Assembly (NCBI GenBank): GCA_019113165.1
Contig: DXHV01000055.1
Span: 30,009-94,008, forward strand
Direction: 5' to 3'
Origin: Candidatus Desulfovibrio intestinipullorum
GTDB lineage: Bacteria; Desulfobacterota; Desulfovibrionia; Desulfovibrionales; Desulfovibrionaceae
Length of the DNA: 64,000 nt
The first letter of the stretch is position 1; every line of letters begins with the position of its first letter. Both the position numbers and the translations under genes were made by a program. Positions 47,120 to 57,077 of the stretch are shown here, piece by piece. The notes beneath the pieces are model-generated. The model was not told where the DNA came from. It did not search any database and worked only from the letters and a program-made list of their open reading frames with translations.

Positions 47120-48819
47120 TGGCCCGTTTCCTTGCCCAAGGCCCTGTTTCGGCCCCTGCTTTGGCCCCTGTTCCGGCCCGGATGGTTGCCCTGCTGCGCA
47201 CCCTGCTCTCGATCACAGGCTCCCTCTTCCTTCTGGCCCTGACAGTCCTCACCGCAGGCCTTGCCCTCCTGCTCGCAGGCTGTGCCTCCCAGGACGTTGC
47301 TGCGCCGTCGCCGGAGCTTGTGAAGGCCCAGCGCGACAGCTTCCACAGGCACACCAGACCCCACACCTTCAGCGAGAGTCCCGAGCCCTATCTGAAAGGA
47401 CGCCTGGTGGGCCTGCGCACGGACCCGAAGGATCATCCCCTGCTGCGTACCAGGGTGACGTTAACGCAGCGCGGCAGCCTGCAGGAGGTGGCCGCCTCCC
47501 TGGCACGCCTGGCCCCGGTCACGGCGCTGGTGACCAGCGAGGACAGTGACAGCCTTCCTGCCCTCTCTTCCCTGCCACGGCCCATGAGTCCCAGCGCGGG
47601 TGCACAGATTCCGGGACTGGAAGACCTTGTGCCGGCCCATCTGGATCTCGATTTCGGCCTCGCCTCGGGCAGCATCCTTGATGTGAACTACGCAGGGACC
47701 CTGCGCGGCCTTCTGGACACCATTGCCGGGCTTTCCGGCTACGGCTGGGACTTTGACGCCAGGACCAGGCGCATCACCTTCTCCCGCCTGCAGGTGCGCA
47801 CCTTTGTGCTGGCTGCCTCGGTCGGGACAGTTGCCTGGGACAGCCAGGTCTCCAACCGCAGCCGCGAGCAGCAGGGCAATGCCCTCTCCGGCGACAACAT
47901 CAATTCCACGGTCACAAGCGGCGACACCACCAGCCAGACCGCCCAGATCAATACGACCAAAGCGACCCTGGACGTCTGGAAGGATGTGGAGACCACGGTC
48001 AAGGGCCTGCTCTCCAGGGCAGGGACCGTGAGCATCAACCAGAGTGCCGGCACCCTCACCGTGCGCGACACCCACAGCCGTCTGGAAGCCATTGCCCGCT
48101 ACATCGAGGAGATGAACGCCCGTCTGGAGCGCCAGGTGGCCCTGTGCGTGCGCGTCTGGGCCCTGGAGGTGAGCGATGCCTCGCGCCTCGGCCTCAACCT
48201 GCAGACCCTCTTCACCTCGCCCGACGTGGCCGTCGAGGCAGGCACAGCCTCCCAGGCAACAGGCAGCCTTGCTGCCGTGAGCGTTCTCAAGGGCAGGCTC
48301 ACCGGATCCTCGGCCACCCTGGAAGCCCTGAAGGAGTGGGGCAATGCCACCCAGCTCACTTCGGCCTCAGGCCTTGTCATGAACAACCAGCCCTTTCCGG
48401 TGCAGGCCGTGCGCCGCCATGCCTATCTGGCCGGCATGACCATGAGCACCTCGGAGTACAGCCAGACCTCGGAAATCACGCCAGGCGAAGTGACGACCGG
48501 CTTTGCCATGACCCTCATTCCCCACATCCTGCCGGACCGCCATGTGCTCCTGCAGTACAACATCACCCTCTCCTCCCTGGAGGACATGACCACCATAGAG
48601 CGGGACAGCATTGCCGTGCAGCTCCCCCAGGTGTCCACCAGGGCCTTTTCCCAGCGCACCCGCCTCAAGGCAGGCCAGACCCTTGTGCTGGCCGGCTTCG
48701 AGCAGGACACGGCCTCGGCCACCAGGGATCTTGGGCTCCTCTCCGGCCTGCGCGACCACGATGCGAGCAAGACCCTGCTTGTCATCAGCATTGAGCTGGA
48801 GGGCGCAGACAATGTGTGA
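47119..48819 (+). CDS. pilN: PilN-family secretin lipoprotein of type IVb (R64-type) pilus
   Basis: TAATG overlap with pilL. Lipobox LLLAGC/A. Secretin N and C domains (TLTVRDTHSRLEAIARYIEEMN, VRVWALEVS, QTLVLAGFEQD..LLVISIEL). Confidence 0.8.
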   Translation: MARFLAQGPVSAPALAPVPARMVALLRTLLSITGSLFLLALTVLTAGLALLLAGCASQDVAAPSPELVKAQRDSFHRHTRPHTFSESPEPYLKGRLVGLRTDPKDHPLLRTRVTLTQRGSLQEVAASLARLAPVTALVTSEDSDSLPALSSLPRPMSPSAGAQIPGLEDLVPAHLDLDFGLASGSILDVNYAGTLRGLLDTIAGLSGYGWDFDARTRRITFSRLQVRTFVLAASVGTVAWDSQVSNRSREQQGNALSGDNINSTVTSGDTTSQTAQINTTKATLDVWKDVETTVKGLLSRAGTVSINQSAGTLTVRDTHSRLEAIARYIEEMNARLERQVALCVRVWALEVSDASRLGLNLQTLFTSPDVAVEAGTASQATGSLAAVSVLKGRLTGSSATLEALKEWGNATQLTSASGLVMNNQPFPVQAVRRHAYLAGMTMSTSEYSQTSEITPGEVTTGFAMTLIPHILPDRHVLLQYNITLSSLEDMTTIERDSIAVQLPQVSTRAFSQRTRLKAGQTLVLAGFEQDTASATRDLGLLSGLRDHDASKTLLVISIELEGADNV

Positions 48820-50407
48820 GCCCCTTTCCCGCGAACGCGATGCTGACCACGAGACCGAATACGAGACCAGGTCCTCCTTGTACGCCGCTCCCGGCACAAA
48901 GGGGCACGAGGGAAAGGGGCACGAGGGAAGGCAGCCGGCAGGGCCTGAAGAGAGCAGGCTGTCGCCGGAAGAACGCCAGCAGGAAGAGCGTTCCCGGAGA
49001 GTGCTTTCCCGGGAAGCGCTTTCCCGGGAAGCACCTGCGCAGGCACAGATCCCCCGGGCACGACGTGTTCCGGCACGGCAGCCCCTGGCCCGCGTGCGTG
49101 TGCAGGGCCGGGATCTGCTCCTCCATCTTGTCTGGCAGGCCGGCACGGACGAGGACGGGGATCTGGACGCGCTTCTTGACGAGACAGGAACGGGCGCAGG
49201 CGCAGGCCGTGCCGCCCAGGCGGCCAGGGCCCGGGCGTCCGGCATTCCCTGCAACCGTCTGGTCTCAAGCCGCGGCCGCTTTGGCATGCTCCATCTCTCG
49301 GCCCTGCCGTCAAGGCCCCTGCGGCCCCTTTCCCTGGCAGCTTTGCTTGCCAGAGTGCAGCCCACAGGCCTGGCCGTTCTCGCCCTGCGCGATGCGGATA
49401 CGAGGTGCCTGCATTACTGGGTCTGGGCTGCCCGCCGCGGCTGCCTGTCGGCCAGGGCGGACCGCTCCTTTGCCTCGCAGGACGAGGCTCTGGCCTTTGC
49501 CTCGTCGCTGCAAGAGAGCCTGGGCCTGGACGAGGCTCTGGTCTGCAGCGAGCAGGAGTCCCTGGCCCTTGTGGCAGACATGCTTGATTCGGCCGACAGG
49601 GAGGTGCTGCGATCCTGCCAGCCTGTGCCCCTGGAGCCCCTCTCCCTCTCCCGCATTCTGGCAATGGGCACAGGGCTTGTGCTGGCCCTTGGCCTGCTCC
49701 TTGGCGGGTCGACCCTCTGGGAGTGGTGGCAGAACAGGGAAGCCTTTCACCTGCGCTCCCAGAGCCGCTCTGAGCTGGTGCGCCAGAAGCGGGAAGTGCT
49801 GGCCCACCCGGAACAGCACTTTGTGGCAGCCTGGGCAAAGGCTCCGGCTGCCGCCGATCTGGTCAGAGGGGTGCTGCCGGCCATGCTCGACTTTCCCATG
49901 GCCGGCAACGGCTGGGCCCTGGTGGAGCTGACGGGCCGGCACACGAGCTCCGGCGCCCAGTCTGGAGCTCTGTTGGACGCCCGCTGGCACGCCCTGCCCC
50001 AGGCCTCCCTGCTCCATCCGCCGGCAGGAGCTGTTCTGGAGCGAAAGAACCCGGAATACGCGCAGCAGAGCCTGCCCCTCTCCGTGCCCCTCCCCCTCAA
50101 TGCCACACCACTTTCCCGTCTTCCGGACCGGGACGAGCTGCAGCAGCAGCTCTCCGAGCTCAGCCGCCGCTTTGGCCTGCGCCTCAGGCTGGCCTTCAAA
50201 AAGGTGGAGACCCTGACCATTGGCGAGGAGACCATTGCCGCCCCCTGGATCAACGGCACACTGACCCTCGACCATCTGGCGGACTACATGGTGAGCGACT
50301 GGCCGGCCCTGGCCAGCGCCCTGGACCTGCCGGGCGTGAGCCTCACCGCCATTGCCTGGGACGGCCGCAGCTGGACGTGCACAGGCCAGGTTTCGGTCCG
50401 GCGCTGA
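48812..50407 (+). CDS. PilO-like (R64 PilO) pilus biogenesis protein
   Basis: ATG 48812 overlaps the pilN stop. One TM (ILAMGTGLVLALGLLLGGSTLW). The call rests mainly on the N-O-P-Q-R-S synteny and overall architecture. Confidence 0.5.
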   Translation: MCEPLSRERDADHETEYETRSSLYAAPGTKGHEGKGHEGRQPAGPEESRLSPEERQQEERSRRVLSREALSREAPAQAQIPRARRVPARQPLARVRVQGRDLLLHLVWQAGTDEDGDLDALLDETGTGAGAGRAAQAARARASGIPCNRLVSSRGRFGMLHLSALPSRPLRPLSLAALLARVQPTGLAVLALRDADTRCLHYWVWAARRGCLSARADRSFASQDEALAFASSLQESLGLDEALVCSEQESLALVADMLDSADREVLRSCQPVPLEPLSLSRILAMGTGLVLALGLLLGGSTLWEWWQNREAFHLRSQSRSELVRQKREVLAHPEQHFVAAWAKAPAAADLVRGVLPAMLDFPMAGNGWALVELTGRHTSSGAQSGALLDARWHALPQASLLHPPAGAVLERKNPEYAQQSLPLSVPLPLNATPLSRLPDRDELQQQLSELSRRFGLRLRLAFKKVETLTIGEETIAAPWINGTLTLDHLADYMVSDWPALASALDLPGVSLTAIAWDGRSWTCTGQVSVRR

Positions 50408-50498
50408 CAGAACAAGACAGACCTTGCCACCCAGTGGCACACAAAGCGCACAGCACAAAACAAAACAGCAAACAGGACACAAAGCAGGAGTCAGGCCC

Positions 50499-51575
50499 AT
50501 GATACGCAACAGGACAGACCAGAGCGACGAAACGAGGACAAGCCTTTTTGTACCACCCGCATCCGGTACGGCAGCCGATCCTGTGACCAGCAGGGCACAG
50601 GAATGGGCAGACGATACAGCAGCCGGGACGGCAGAGGACACGGTACAGGACAGGGCAGCGGAGGCGGTGACCCGTCCCGTTCAGGACCAGATGCAGGACC
50701 AGCATCAGGAACAGGACCTGCTGCCCAGGGAGCACACAGTGGCTGCCCCTGAACCCGGCAGCCGCAGGGGAAAGGTCCTTGTCCTTGCCACCCTCTCCTG
50801 CCTCATGCTGGCCCTGGCCGGCGGCCTGTACTGGTTCTGGCAGTTTCCCCAGGAATTTGCCCTGCTGGCCGACCGGAAGGGCAACGAAACACAGGCCAGG
50901 CTCAGACCGGTGAGTCCGTCTGCAAACCAGCCCGAAAACAGGGCCGGACACAAGACCGGCACGCAGGCCGCCACACAGGCAGCCATCCCTGGCGGGCAGG
51001 CCGAACCGGCAGAACCGGCACGATCGGCAGGGCCGGCGCAGCAGGACGAAGTGAAGCAGGCACACGCCCCTGCGCCGGATGACGCCGGATCGGACGAGCC
51101 GGCAGCCTCCGTCCAGCTGCCGGCCCTGGCTGGCTTTGCGCCGGGCAGCGTCTATTCCGGTACCCTGGGCGAGATGACGCGCCTGCAGGCCGGATCGCAG
51201 ATGGCCAGGGCCGACCTGGCCCTCAAGGAAGTGCAGGTGCGCCTGCACGAGCTGGAAGCCCGCCTGCAGCCCGAGCCCCTGAAGGAGACCAGGGCGCAGC
51301 AGAGCGAGCTTGCGACCATGCAGCAGAGCCTGCAAAAGTCCATGGACCGCATCCTGACAGCCCTCACGGCCCGCAGCGAAGAAAAGGCGGACGATATTGC
51401 CGGTTCACTGGCCGTTGTGGCCGTGCGCAGCCAGGGCGGCCATCTGGAAGCCGAGCTCAAGGGCACTCCCGGCACCTTCTGGGTGCGCGAGGGCGAGACC
51501 GTGCAGGGCCTCAGGGTGGATGAGATCTCGCGGCAGCGCGTGCGCCTCAACGGACAGACCCTGCCCTGGCGCTAG
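50499..51575 (+). CDS. PilP-like pilus biogenesis protein with long low-complexity region
   Basis: SD AGCAGGAG before ATG 50499. TM (VLVLATLSCLMLALAGGLYWFW). C-terminal beta domain LAVVAVRSQGGHLEAELKGTPGTFWVREGETVQGLRVDEISRQRVRLNGQTLPW is typical of PilP. Confidence 0.5.
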   Translation: MIRNRTDQSDETRTSLFVPPASGTAADPVTSRAQEWADDTAAGTAEDTVQDRAAEAVTRPVQDQMQDQHQEQDLLPREHTVAAPEPGSRRGKVLVLATLSCLMLALAGGLYWFWQFPQEFALLADRKGNETQARLRPVSPSANQPENRAGHKTGTQAATQAAIPGGQAEPAEPARSAGPAQQDEVKQAHAPAPDDAGSDEPAASVQLPALAGFAPGSVYSGTLGEMTRLQAGSQMARADLALKEVQVRLHELEARLQPEPLKETRAQQSELATMQQSLQKSMDRILTALTARSEEKADDIAGSLAVVAVRSQGGHLEAELKGTPGTFWVREGETVQGLRVDEISRQRVRLNGQTLPWR

Positions 51576-51652
51576 CCCCTTGTCTCCAAAGCAAAAGACC
51601 GCAAAACCAAAAACGAGCAGCAGGACCAAAAACAAGCAGCAGGGAGGATCGC

Positions 51653-53605
51653 ATGTTCCTCAGAAGCATTGTCACACGACTCGGGGCGCACCCTTGTGGC
51701 GCACACCGCGCCAGAGGCAGAGAACCGGAACGAACAGCCGGACAGGGCGCAGGCCGGGCCTGGCCCGGGAATACGGGATACACCGGGACCATCGGGGACA
51801 GAGGGGAGACCAGACCCGCCAGCGGCGCAGAAAGCGGCGCACAAGCCCGGGCAGAAGTCCGTGCACAAGCCAGGGCAGACGCCCAGGAAGAAGCCGGCGC
51901 CCGCGGGAACCAGAACGCCGACAAGGCTGACGACTGGCAGCCGGATCTGCCGGCCAGCATTGCCGACAGGGTGCGCTTCAGGGATGGGGGCTTTCACCTC
52001 TCGGCCGAACTCAGGGGCAACATGGAGCTCGATCTTGTGCTGGCCCAGGCCTCGGAGCACCTGCAGGTCACAAAGCTTCCCCTGCACTGGTACTCGCCAG
52101 GCCGCTTTGAGCAGATCTTCGGCCTGCGCCTCTCGGGCGATGCCCTCTCCGCCAGCCAGCGCCTGCAGCTGCGCACCCTGGAAGTCTCGGGCACCTGGGT
52201 GGACGAGTACGTGAAGAGCCTCTTCAAGCGGGCCATGGCCAAAAAGGTCTCGGACATCCACATTACCTACATGGGGCCCTATGCCCAGGTGTCCTTCCGG
52301 CGCATGGGCCTCATGATGGAGGAAGAATGCCTGGACGGCGCCCAGGGTTTGCAGCTCATCCGCGGCATCTTCCAGGGCCAGCTCTCCCAGGCAGAGTCCG
52401 GCTTTTCCGAATACGAGCGCTACGACGGCCGCATTGCCGACCGCAACTATCTGCCCGAAGGCCTCTTTGCGGTGCGCCTGCACACCGAGCCCATACAGAG
52501 TCCCCTCATTGCCGGCCCTGGCGTAAACCTGGCCATGCGTCTGCTCTTTGATGCCACCAGGGCCAGGGGATCCGTTACCGAGCGCCTCGCCTCCCTGGGC
52601 TTTACCGGGGAGCAGCAGGCCCTCATCGAGAGCTTTGCCGAAACGTCCGGCATGACTGTTATTTCCGGGCCGACAGGCCACGGCAAGACCACGGTGCTCA
52701 AGAACATTCTGGAGGCCCTGGCCCAGGACGTGCCCACCAGGAACTACTACAGTCTGGAAGACCCGCCGGAATACACCATCCTGGGCGTGAAGCAGCTCAA
52801 TGTCTTTACCAAGGCCGTCTCCGACGCCGAGCGCAAGCGCGCCCTGCTGGAAGCCCTGGCAGGCCTCATGCGCTCGGACCCGGACGTCATCCTCCTTGGC
52901 GAAATCCGCTACCTGGAAACGGCCAATGCCGCCGTCAATGCGGCCCTCACCGGCCACAGCGTGTGGACCACGGTCCATGCGAGCTCCGGCCTCAATGTCA
53001 TTGCCCGCTTCCACGAAATGGGCGTCCCCCTGGCCTCCCTTTGTGCCCAGGGTGTGCTCACGGGTCTCACCTATCAGCGCCTCATGCCCATGCTCTGTCC
53101 GCACTGCAAGGAGCACCTTGTGGATGTTCTCGAGCACCCGGGCCACAGGGACCGCTTCCCGCACAAGCTTGTGCACAGGCTGCAGCGTCTCTATCCGGAC
53201 GAGGCGCTTGAGCGGATCTGCGTGCGCGGCAAGGGCTGCCCCCACTGCGACGGCATGGGCCTCTCCGGCCAGCAGGTGGCTGCCGAAGTCATCCCCCTGC
53301 GCGATGCCAGGCTCATGCAGCTCATCCGCAGCAACCATCTGCAGGCCGCCCAGGCATACTGGATACGCGAGATGCAGGGCATGACCCATCTGGCCCATGC
53401 ACGACTGCGGGTGGGCCTGGGCGAGGTGGACCCGCGCCTGGCCGAGGAACGCCTGGGCACCACTCTTGATGCCGATCTCGAGGAACTGGCGTCATGGGAA
53501 AATGCCGGAAATCCTTCCAGGGACCAGGACCGGGCCCTGGCCGAAAACCGGGACGGCGCGCAGGGTGACACCCGCTCCGGACAAGAGGGAGGACGCTCAG
53601 CATGA
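51653..53605 (+). CDS. pilQ: PilQ (R64 nomenclature) GspE/PilB-family pilus assembly ATPase
   Basis: SD AGGGAGGA before ATG 51653. VSDIHI, Walker A ISGPTGHGKTTVL, LEDPPEY, RSDPDVILLGEIR, and tetracysteine CPHC..CPHC. Confidence 0.85.
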   Translation: MFLRSIVTRLGAHPCGAHRARGREPERTAGQGAGRAWPGNTGYTGTIGDRGETRPASGAESGAQARAEVRAQARADAQEEAGARGNQNADKADDWQPDLPASIADRVRFRDGGFHLSAELRGNMELDLVLAQASEHLQVTKLPLHWYSPGRFEQIFGLRLSGDALSASQRLQLRTLEVSGTWVDEYVKSLFKRAMAKKVSDIHITYMGPYAQVSFRRMGLMMEEECLDGAQGLQLIRGIFQGQLSQAESGFSEYERYDGRIADRNYLPEGLFAVRLHTEPIQSPLIAGPGVNLAMRLLFDATRARGSVTERLASLGFTGEQQALIESFAETSGMTVISGPTGHGKTTVLKNILEALAQDVPTRNYYSLEDPPEYTILGVKQLNVFTKAVSDAERKRALLEALAGLMRSDPDVILLGEIRYLETANAAVNAALTGHSVWTTVHASSGLNVIARFHEMGVPLASLCAQGVLTGLTYQRLMPMLCPHCKEHLVDVLEHPGHRDRFPHKLVHRLQRLYPDEALERICVRGKGCPHCDGMGLSGQQVAAEVIPLRDARLMQLIRSNHLQAAQAYWIREMQGMTHLAHARLRVGLGEVDPRLAEERLGTTLDADLEELASWENAGNPSRDQDRALAENRDGAQGDTRSGQEGGRSA

Positions 53606-54834
53606 GGACCTTTCCTTCTTTCAGGCCAGGCCTGACTTGTGCCCGGCAAGCTGGCCGACAGTCTGGCCGACAATCCGGCTTTTTCGGGCAGTCCGGAAAA
53701 TCCACGGCAGACAGGTCCGGCAGGGGAGCAGCACGCACCATGACAGGGCACCCTGTGCTCAGGACCCTGGCCAGGCTCTCCTTCACGGCCAGGCAGCGCT
53801 GCCAGTGCTGGGAGCAGGTGGGCGAGCAGATGAAGGCCACCCATCTGCCGCTGGAGTACTGCTTCAAGACGCTCACGAAGCAGGCCCGCGAGGACAGGGA
53901 TGTGCTGGCCCTGGTCTATGCGGACATCACGGCCCGCCTCAACGAGGGGCACAGCATAGGCCGGGCCATAGCCCCCTATGCGGGCCCTGAGGAAGTCATG
54001 CTCATCGATGCCGGCCAGACGGCCGGCGAGGCCGCCCTGTCCCAGGGCTTTCTCAAGGCCGCCCTGCTCATGCACAAGCGCCGCGAAATCCGCGACCTCA
54101 TTGTGCGCCAGCTGGCCTACCCCTGCGTGCTCTTTCTGGCCCTGGGCTGCTTTCTTGTGCTCATTGCCACGGTCATCGTGCCCATGCTCGCTTCCCTCTC
54201 CAATCCTGCCACCTGGCAGGGCGCAGGGGCCCTCCTCTACCATCTGGCCACCCTGGTCACCTCCTGGCAGGGCCTGGCCCTGGCGCTGACAGGCCTTGTC
54301 CTCCTGCTGGCAGCACTCTGTTCCCTGCCCCACTGGACAGGCCGGCTGCGCGAGATCTGCGACAGCGTGCCGCCCTGGTCCCTCTACCGTCTGCTCACCG
54401 GGGTTTCCTGGCTCTATGCCACGGCCACCCTCCTGCAGACCAGGGGCATGAAGCTTGGCATCATTTTGCGGCGCCTGCTCAAAGCCCCGGAGACCAGCCG
54501 CTACCTGCGCTGGCGCCTTGTGCCCGTCTGCCTGGCCGACAATCAGGGCTACACCCTGGGCGAGGCCCTGTGGCGCAGCCGCGGCCACTGGCCGGATCGC
54601 TCTCTTGCCAGGGAGCTGCGGGCCTATGCCGCCCTGCCCACCTTCAATACCCTGCTCCCCTCCCTGACCGACAAGCTGCTGAAGGACACCATGCGCCGGG
54701 TGGAACGCTCCACAAAGATCATCAATGCCGCAAGCCTTGCGGCCATCATTGGCCTTTTGCTGCTCTTTGTGGCCGGCATCTTCAGCATACAGGAACAGCT
54801 GATGCGCACGGTGGGCGCCGTGGGCGGCCTGTAG
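53602..54834 (+). CDS. pilR: PilR (R64 nomenclature) GspF-family inner-membrane platform protein
   Basis: ATGA overlap with the pilQ stop. 410 aa. Two GspF-like repeats with 3-4 TM segments (e.g. YPCVLFLALGCFLVLIATVIVPML, LAAIIGLLLLFVAGIFSI). Confidence 0.75.
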   Translation: MRTFPSFRPGLTCARQAGRQSGRQSGFFGQSGKSTADRSGRGAARTMTGHPVLRTLARLSFTARQRCQCWEQVGEQMKATHLPLEYCFKTLTKQAREDRDVLALVYADITARLNEGHSIGRAIAPYAGPEEVMLIDAGQTAGEAALSQGFLKAALLMHKRREIRDLIVRQLAYPCVLFLALGCFLVLIATVIVPMLASLSNPATWQGAGALLYHLATLVTSWQGLALALTGLVLLLAALCSLPHWTGRLREICDSVPPWSLYRLLTGVSWLYATATLLQTRGMKLGIILRRLLKAPETSRYLRWRLVPVCLADNQGYTLGEALWRSRGHWPDRSLARELRAYAALPTFNTLLPSLTDKLLKDTMRRVERSTKIINAASLAAIIGLLLLFVAGIFSIQEQLMRTVGAVGGL

Positions 54835-55022
54835 CAGCCAGAGGGAAAGAGACCAGCCGATCCAGCCAATCCAGCCAAATCAAATCAGACCAGGAGAAAA
54901 TGTCCAGATCAGGCAGGGGATGAACAACACGAAGGAAGCGATCCTGCGCCTGACCCGTACCGGGCTTTTCTCCCAAACAATACCCCCGAAAAACCAAAAA
55001 AACCATAACCAAAGGAGTCTCC

Positions 55023-56780
55023 ATGGCAGAAATGATCAAGGAAGCCACGGACGTCGCGGACGTCACGACATCCGCAGGCACCGCAAGCCACGCCGAACGC
55101 GCCGCAACCGCCAGGAAGCAGGCCACAAAGGCCCGCCGCAAGGGAACGACCACTGGCGGACGCAAGGCCCGCGTCAGGGCCCACCGCCGCAGCCTGCGCA
55201 GCGACCGCAAGGGCACTGTCACGCCTGAGCAGATCACGGCTGCACAGGTCGCGGCCACAGGGGCTGCTCTCGACCAGGTCATGCCCGCAAAGAAGCAGGC
55301 CGCAACGACTGCAAACGAGAAGGACGCTTGCGCAGCGGCTGCGGACGCACAGGCTGCGCCTGAGAAGGAAACGAACGGACAGGCCACGGCCCAGGGATCC
55401 GCTGAAGTCGCTGAAGTCGCTGAACCGGCCGAACCCGGCGAATCCACTGGAAGCGCAGGCTCTGCAGCATCCGCAGAGTCTGCCGATTCCGGGCCTCGCG
55501 CAGAGGCTGCAGAAGAGGCCAGGGCAGCTGACGACACGAAGGCAGCCCGCGCAGCGAAGGAAGCCGGCACGATCGACGAAACCGGCGCAACGAAGGAAAC
55601 CCGCGAAGCCCACGAACTCCGCGAGACGGAAGAAACGGGCGGAGCCGGAGCAGCCAGGGCGACCGGCAAGGCCGGCGCAACGGAAGAACGCCGCGAGACC
55701 GGCGCAAGCGCAGAAAGCGCAGAAACCGGCGCGGCCGGAGCCCCGCACGAGTCCGGAGAACCGGGCTCGACCGCAGCACCCGGCAGCGCCACAGCCACAG
55801 GGAAGGAACGTATGGCACACGCAACGACTGATCACGTCACCACTGACAACGCAATGAAGGAAGCGATTACGAAGGAAGAGGCCGCAACCGCAGCTGCTCT
55901 CCTGAGCACGGATGCCGCACAGCCCGCAGGCGCCAGAGCTGAAGCTGTTCAGGCCACGGCTGCTACGGAAGCCCAGGCTGCCACGGACGCCCAGGCACAG
56001 GCCGCAAGGGAGCCTGAAGCAGGGGCGCCTGATGCAAGGGATGTTGACGCAAAGGGCGCAGACGGAAAGGCAGCGGGCGGTTTCCTGACCGGCCTGCAGG
56101 GCCTGTTCCGCACCCTGGGCCGCGTCCGTGTCCGTGGCCGTGCCGGTACCCGCTGCCGCTGCCAGGCCTCTGGCGGCAAGGGCGACGCCCATGCGGGCTG
56201 CGGACAGCAGGACTGCGCCTGCAGCCGTGCCGCAAAGGCAGGCAAGACCGCACAGGACGGCCGCGACGCCGGCTTCACCCTCATCGAGGTGATGGGCGCC
56301 CTGGTGGTGGGCTCCCTGGTCTTCAGCTTTGCCGCCTTTGGCATCAGCAGCGCCCTTGAGTCCGCCCGTGTCTCCGGCTTCAACGAGAGCCTGGCCCTGC
56401 TGCGCATGAACATCCAGGAAGTGTACGCCAGCTCCCGCGGCTTCGGATCCACGAGCAGCTCGCCCACGGACATCACCAGCACCCTCGTCAACGCAGGCGC
56501 AGTGCCCCAGAACTGGCTCACCTCGGACACGGAATCCGACAGCACCACCATCACCCACAACTTTGGCGGCACCGTCTCCGTCGAGGGCACGGTGAGCAAC
56601 TTCGAGATCACTGTCACCGGCATCCCCCAGTCCGCCTGCCGCAAGATCGTGAGCGCGCAGTTCGAGAACTGGGACGAAGTGGCCATCGGCGGCACGACCG
56701 TGACCTCTGTCCCACCCACCAGCTGCCTGCCCGACAACGGCAACCTGGGCGTCAACAGCCTGCTCTTCACGGCCCACTAG
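55023..56780 (+). CDS. pilS: type IVb prepilin (PilS-like) with an extraordinarily long low-complexity N-terminal region
   Basis: Strong SD AAAGGAG (55010-55016) before ATG 55023. The last ~168 aa are pilin: GRDAG/FTLIEVMGALVVGSLVFSFAAFGISSALE plus a C-terminal Cys pair. About 417 aa precede the G/F site. Confidence 0.7.
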   Translation: MAEMIKEATDVADVTTSAGTASHAERAATARKQATKARRKGTTTGGRKARVRAHRRSLRSDRKGTVTPEQITAAQVAATGAALDQVMPAKKQAATTANEKDACAAAADAQAAPEKETNGQATAQGSAEVAEVAEPAEPGESTGSAGSAASAESADSGPRAEAAEEARAADDTKAARAAKEAGTIDETGATKETREAHELRETEETGGAGAARATGKAGATEERRETGASAESAETGAAGAPHESGEPGSTAAPGSATATGKERMAHATTDHVTTDNAMKEAITKEEAATAAALLSTDAAQPAGARAEAVQATAATEAQAATDAQAQAAREPEAGAPDARDVDAKGADGKAAGGFLTGLQGLFRTLGRVRVRGRAGTRCRCQASGGKGDAHAGCGQQDCACSRAAKAGKTAQDGRDAGFTLIEVMGALVVGSLVFSFAAFGISSALESARVSGFNESLALLRMNIQEVYASSRGFGSTSSSPTDITSTLVNAGAVPQNWLTSDTESDSTTITHNFGGTVSVEGTVSNFEITVTGIPQSACRKIVSAQFENWDEVAIGGTTVTSVPPTSCLPDNGNLGVNSLLFTAH

Positions 56781-57077
56781 CCGATCCCTTTTCGACAAAG
56801 GTGTCTTTCGGGATCCCTGCCTGACCTGAGGCAGGGCCCCCTCAAATCCCTCCTGCAAAGCCATGTCCCCGGGCTGTTCCTGCACGCGGACCCGGCAGAT
56901 GCCCGACCTCTTGCCTGCCGGAAAGGACACTCTGAACACCCCGGGGGTCCCACAGCCCTGCCCCGGACGGCGGGGGCAGGGCTGCACAACAAGAGAACAC
57001 ACGCAGAACACAAGAACAGCCAAACAGCAACGCGGACCCAATCATGCCCAAACACACGCACAACGAGGTTGCCGTTC

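Noticed and set aside
51572-54588. 608-aa and 465-aa ORFs on the minus strand (51572..53398 and 53191..54588)
   Set aside because: They are antisense to the pilQ ATPase and pilR platform genes, which carry canonical motifs. These are artefacts.
54782-57041. 710-aa and 338-aa ORFs on the minus strand opposite pilS
   Set aside because: Cys/Arg/Gly/Ala-rich nonsense frames. The + strand frame ends in an unmistakable pilin domain and has a strong SD.
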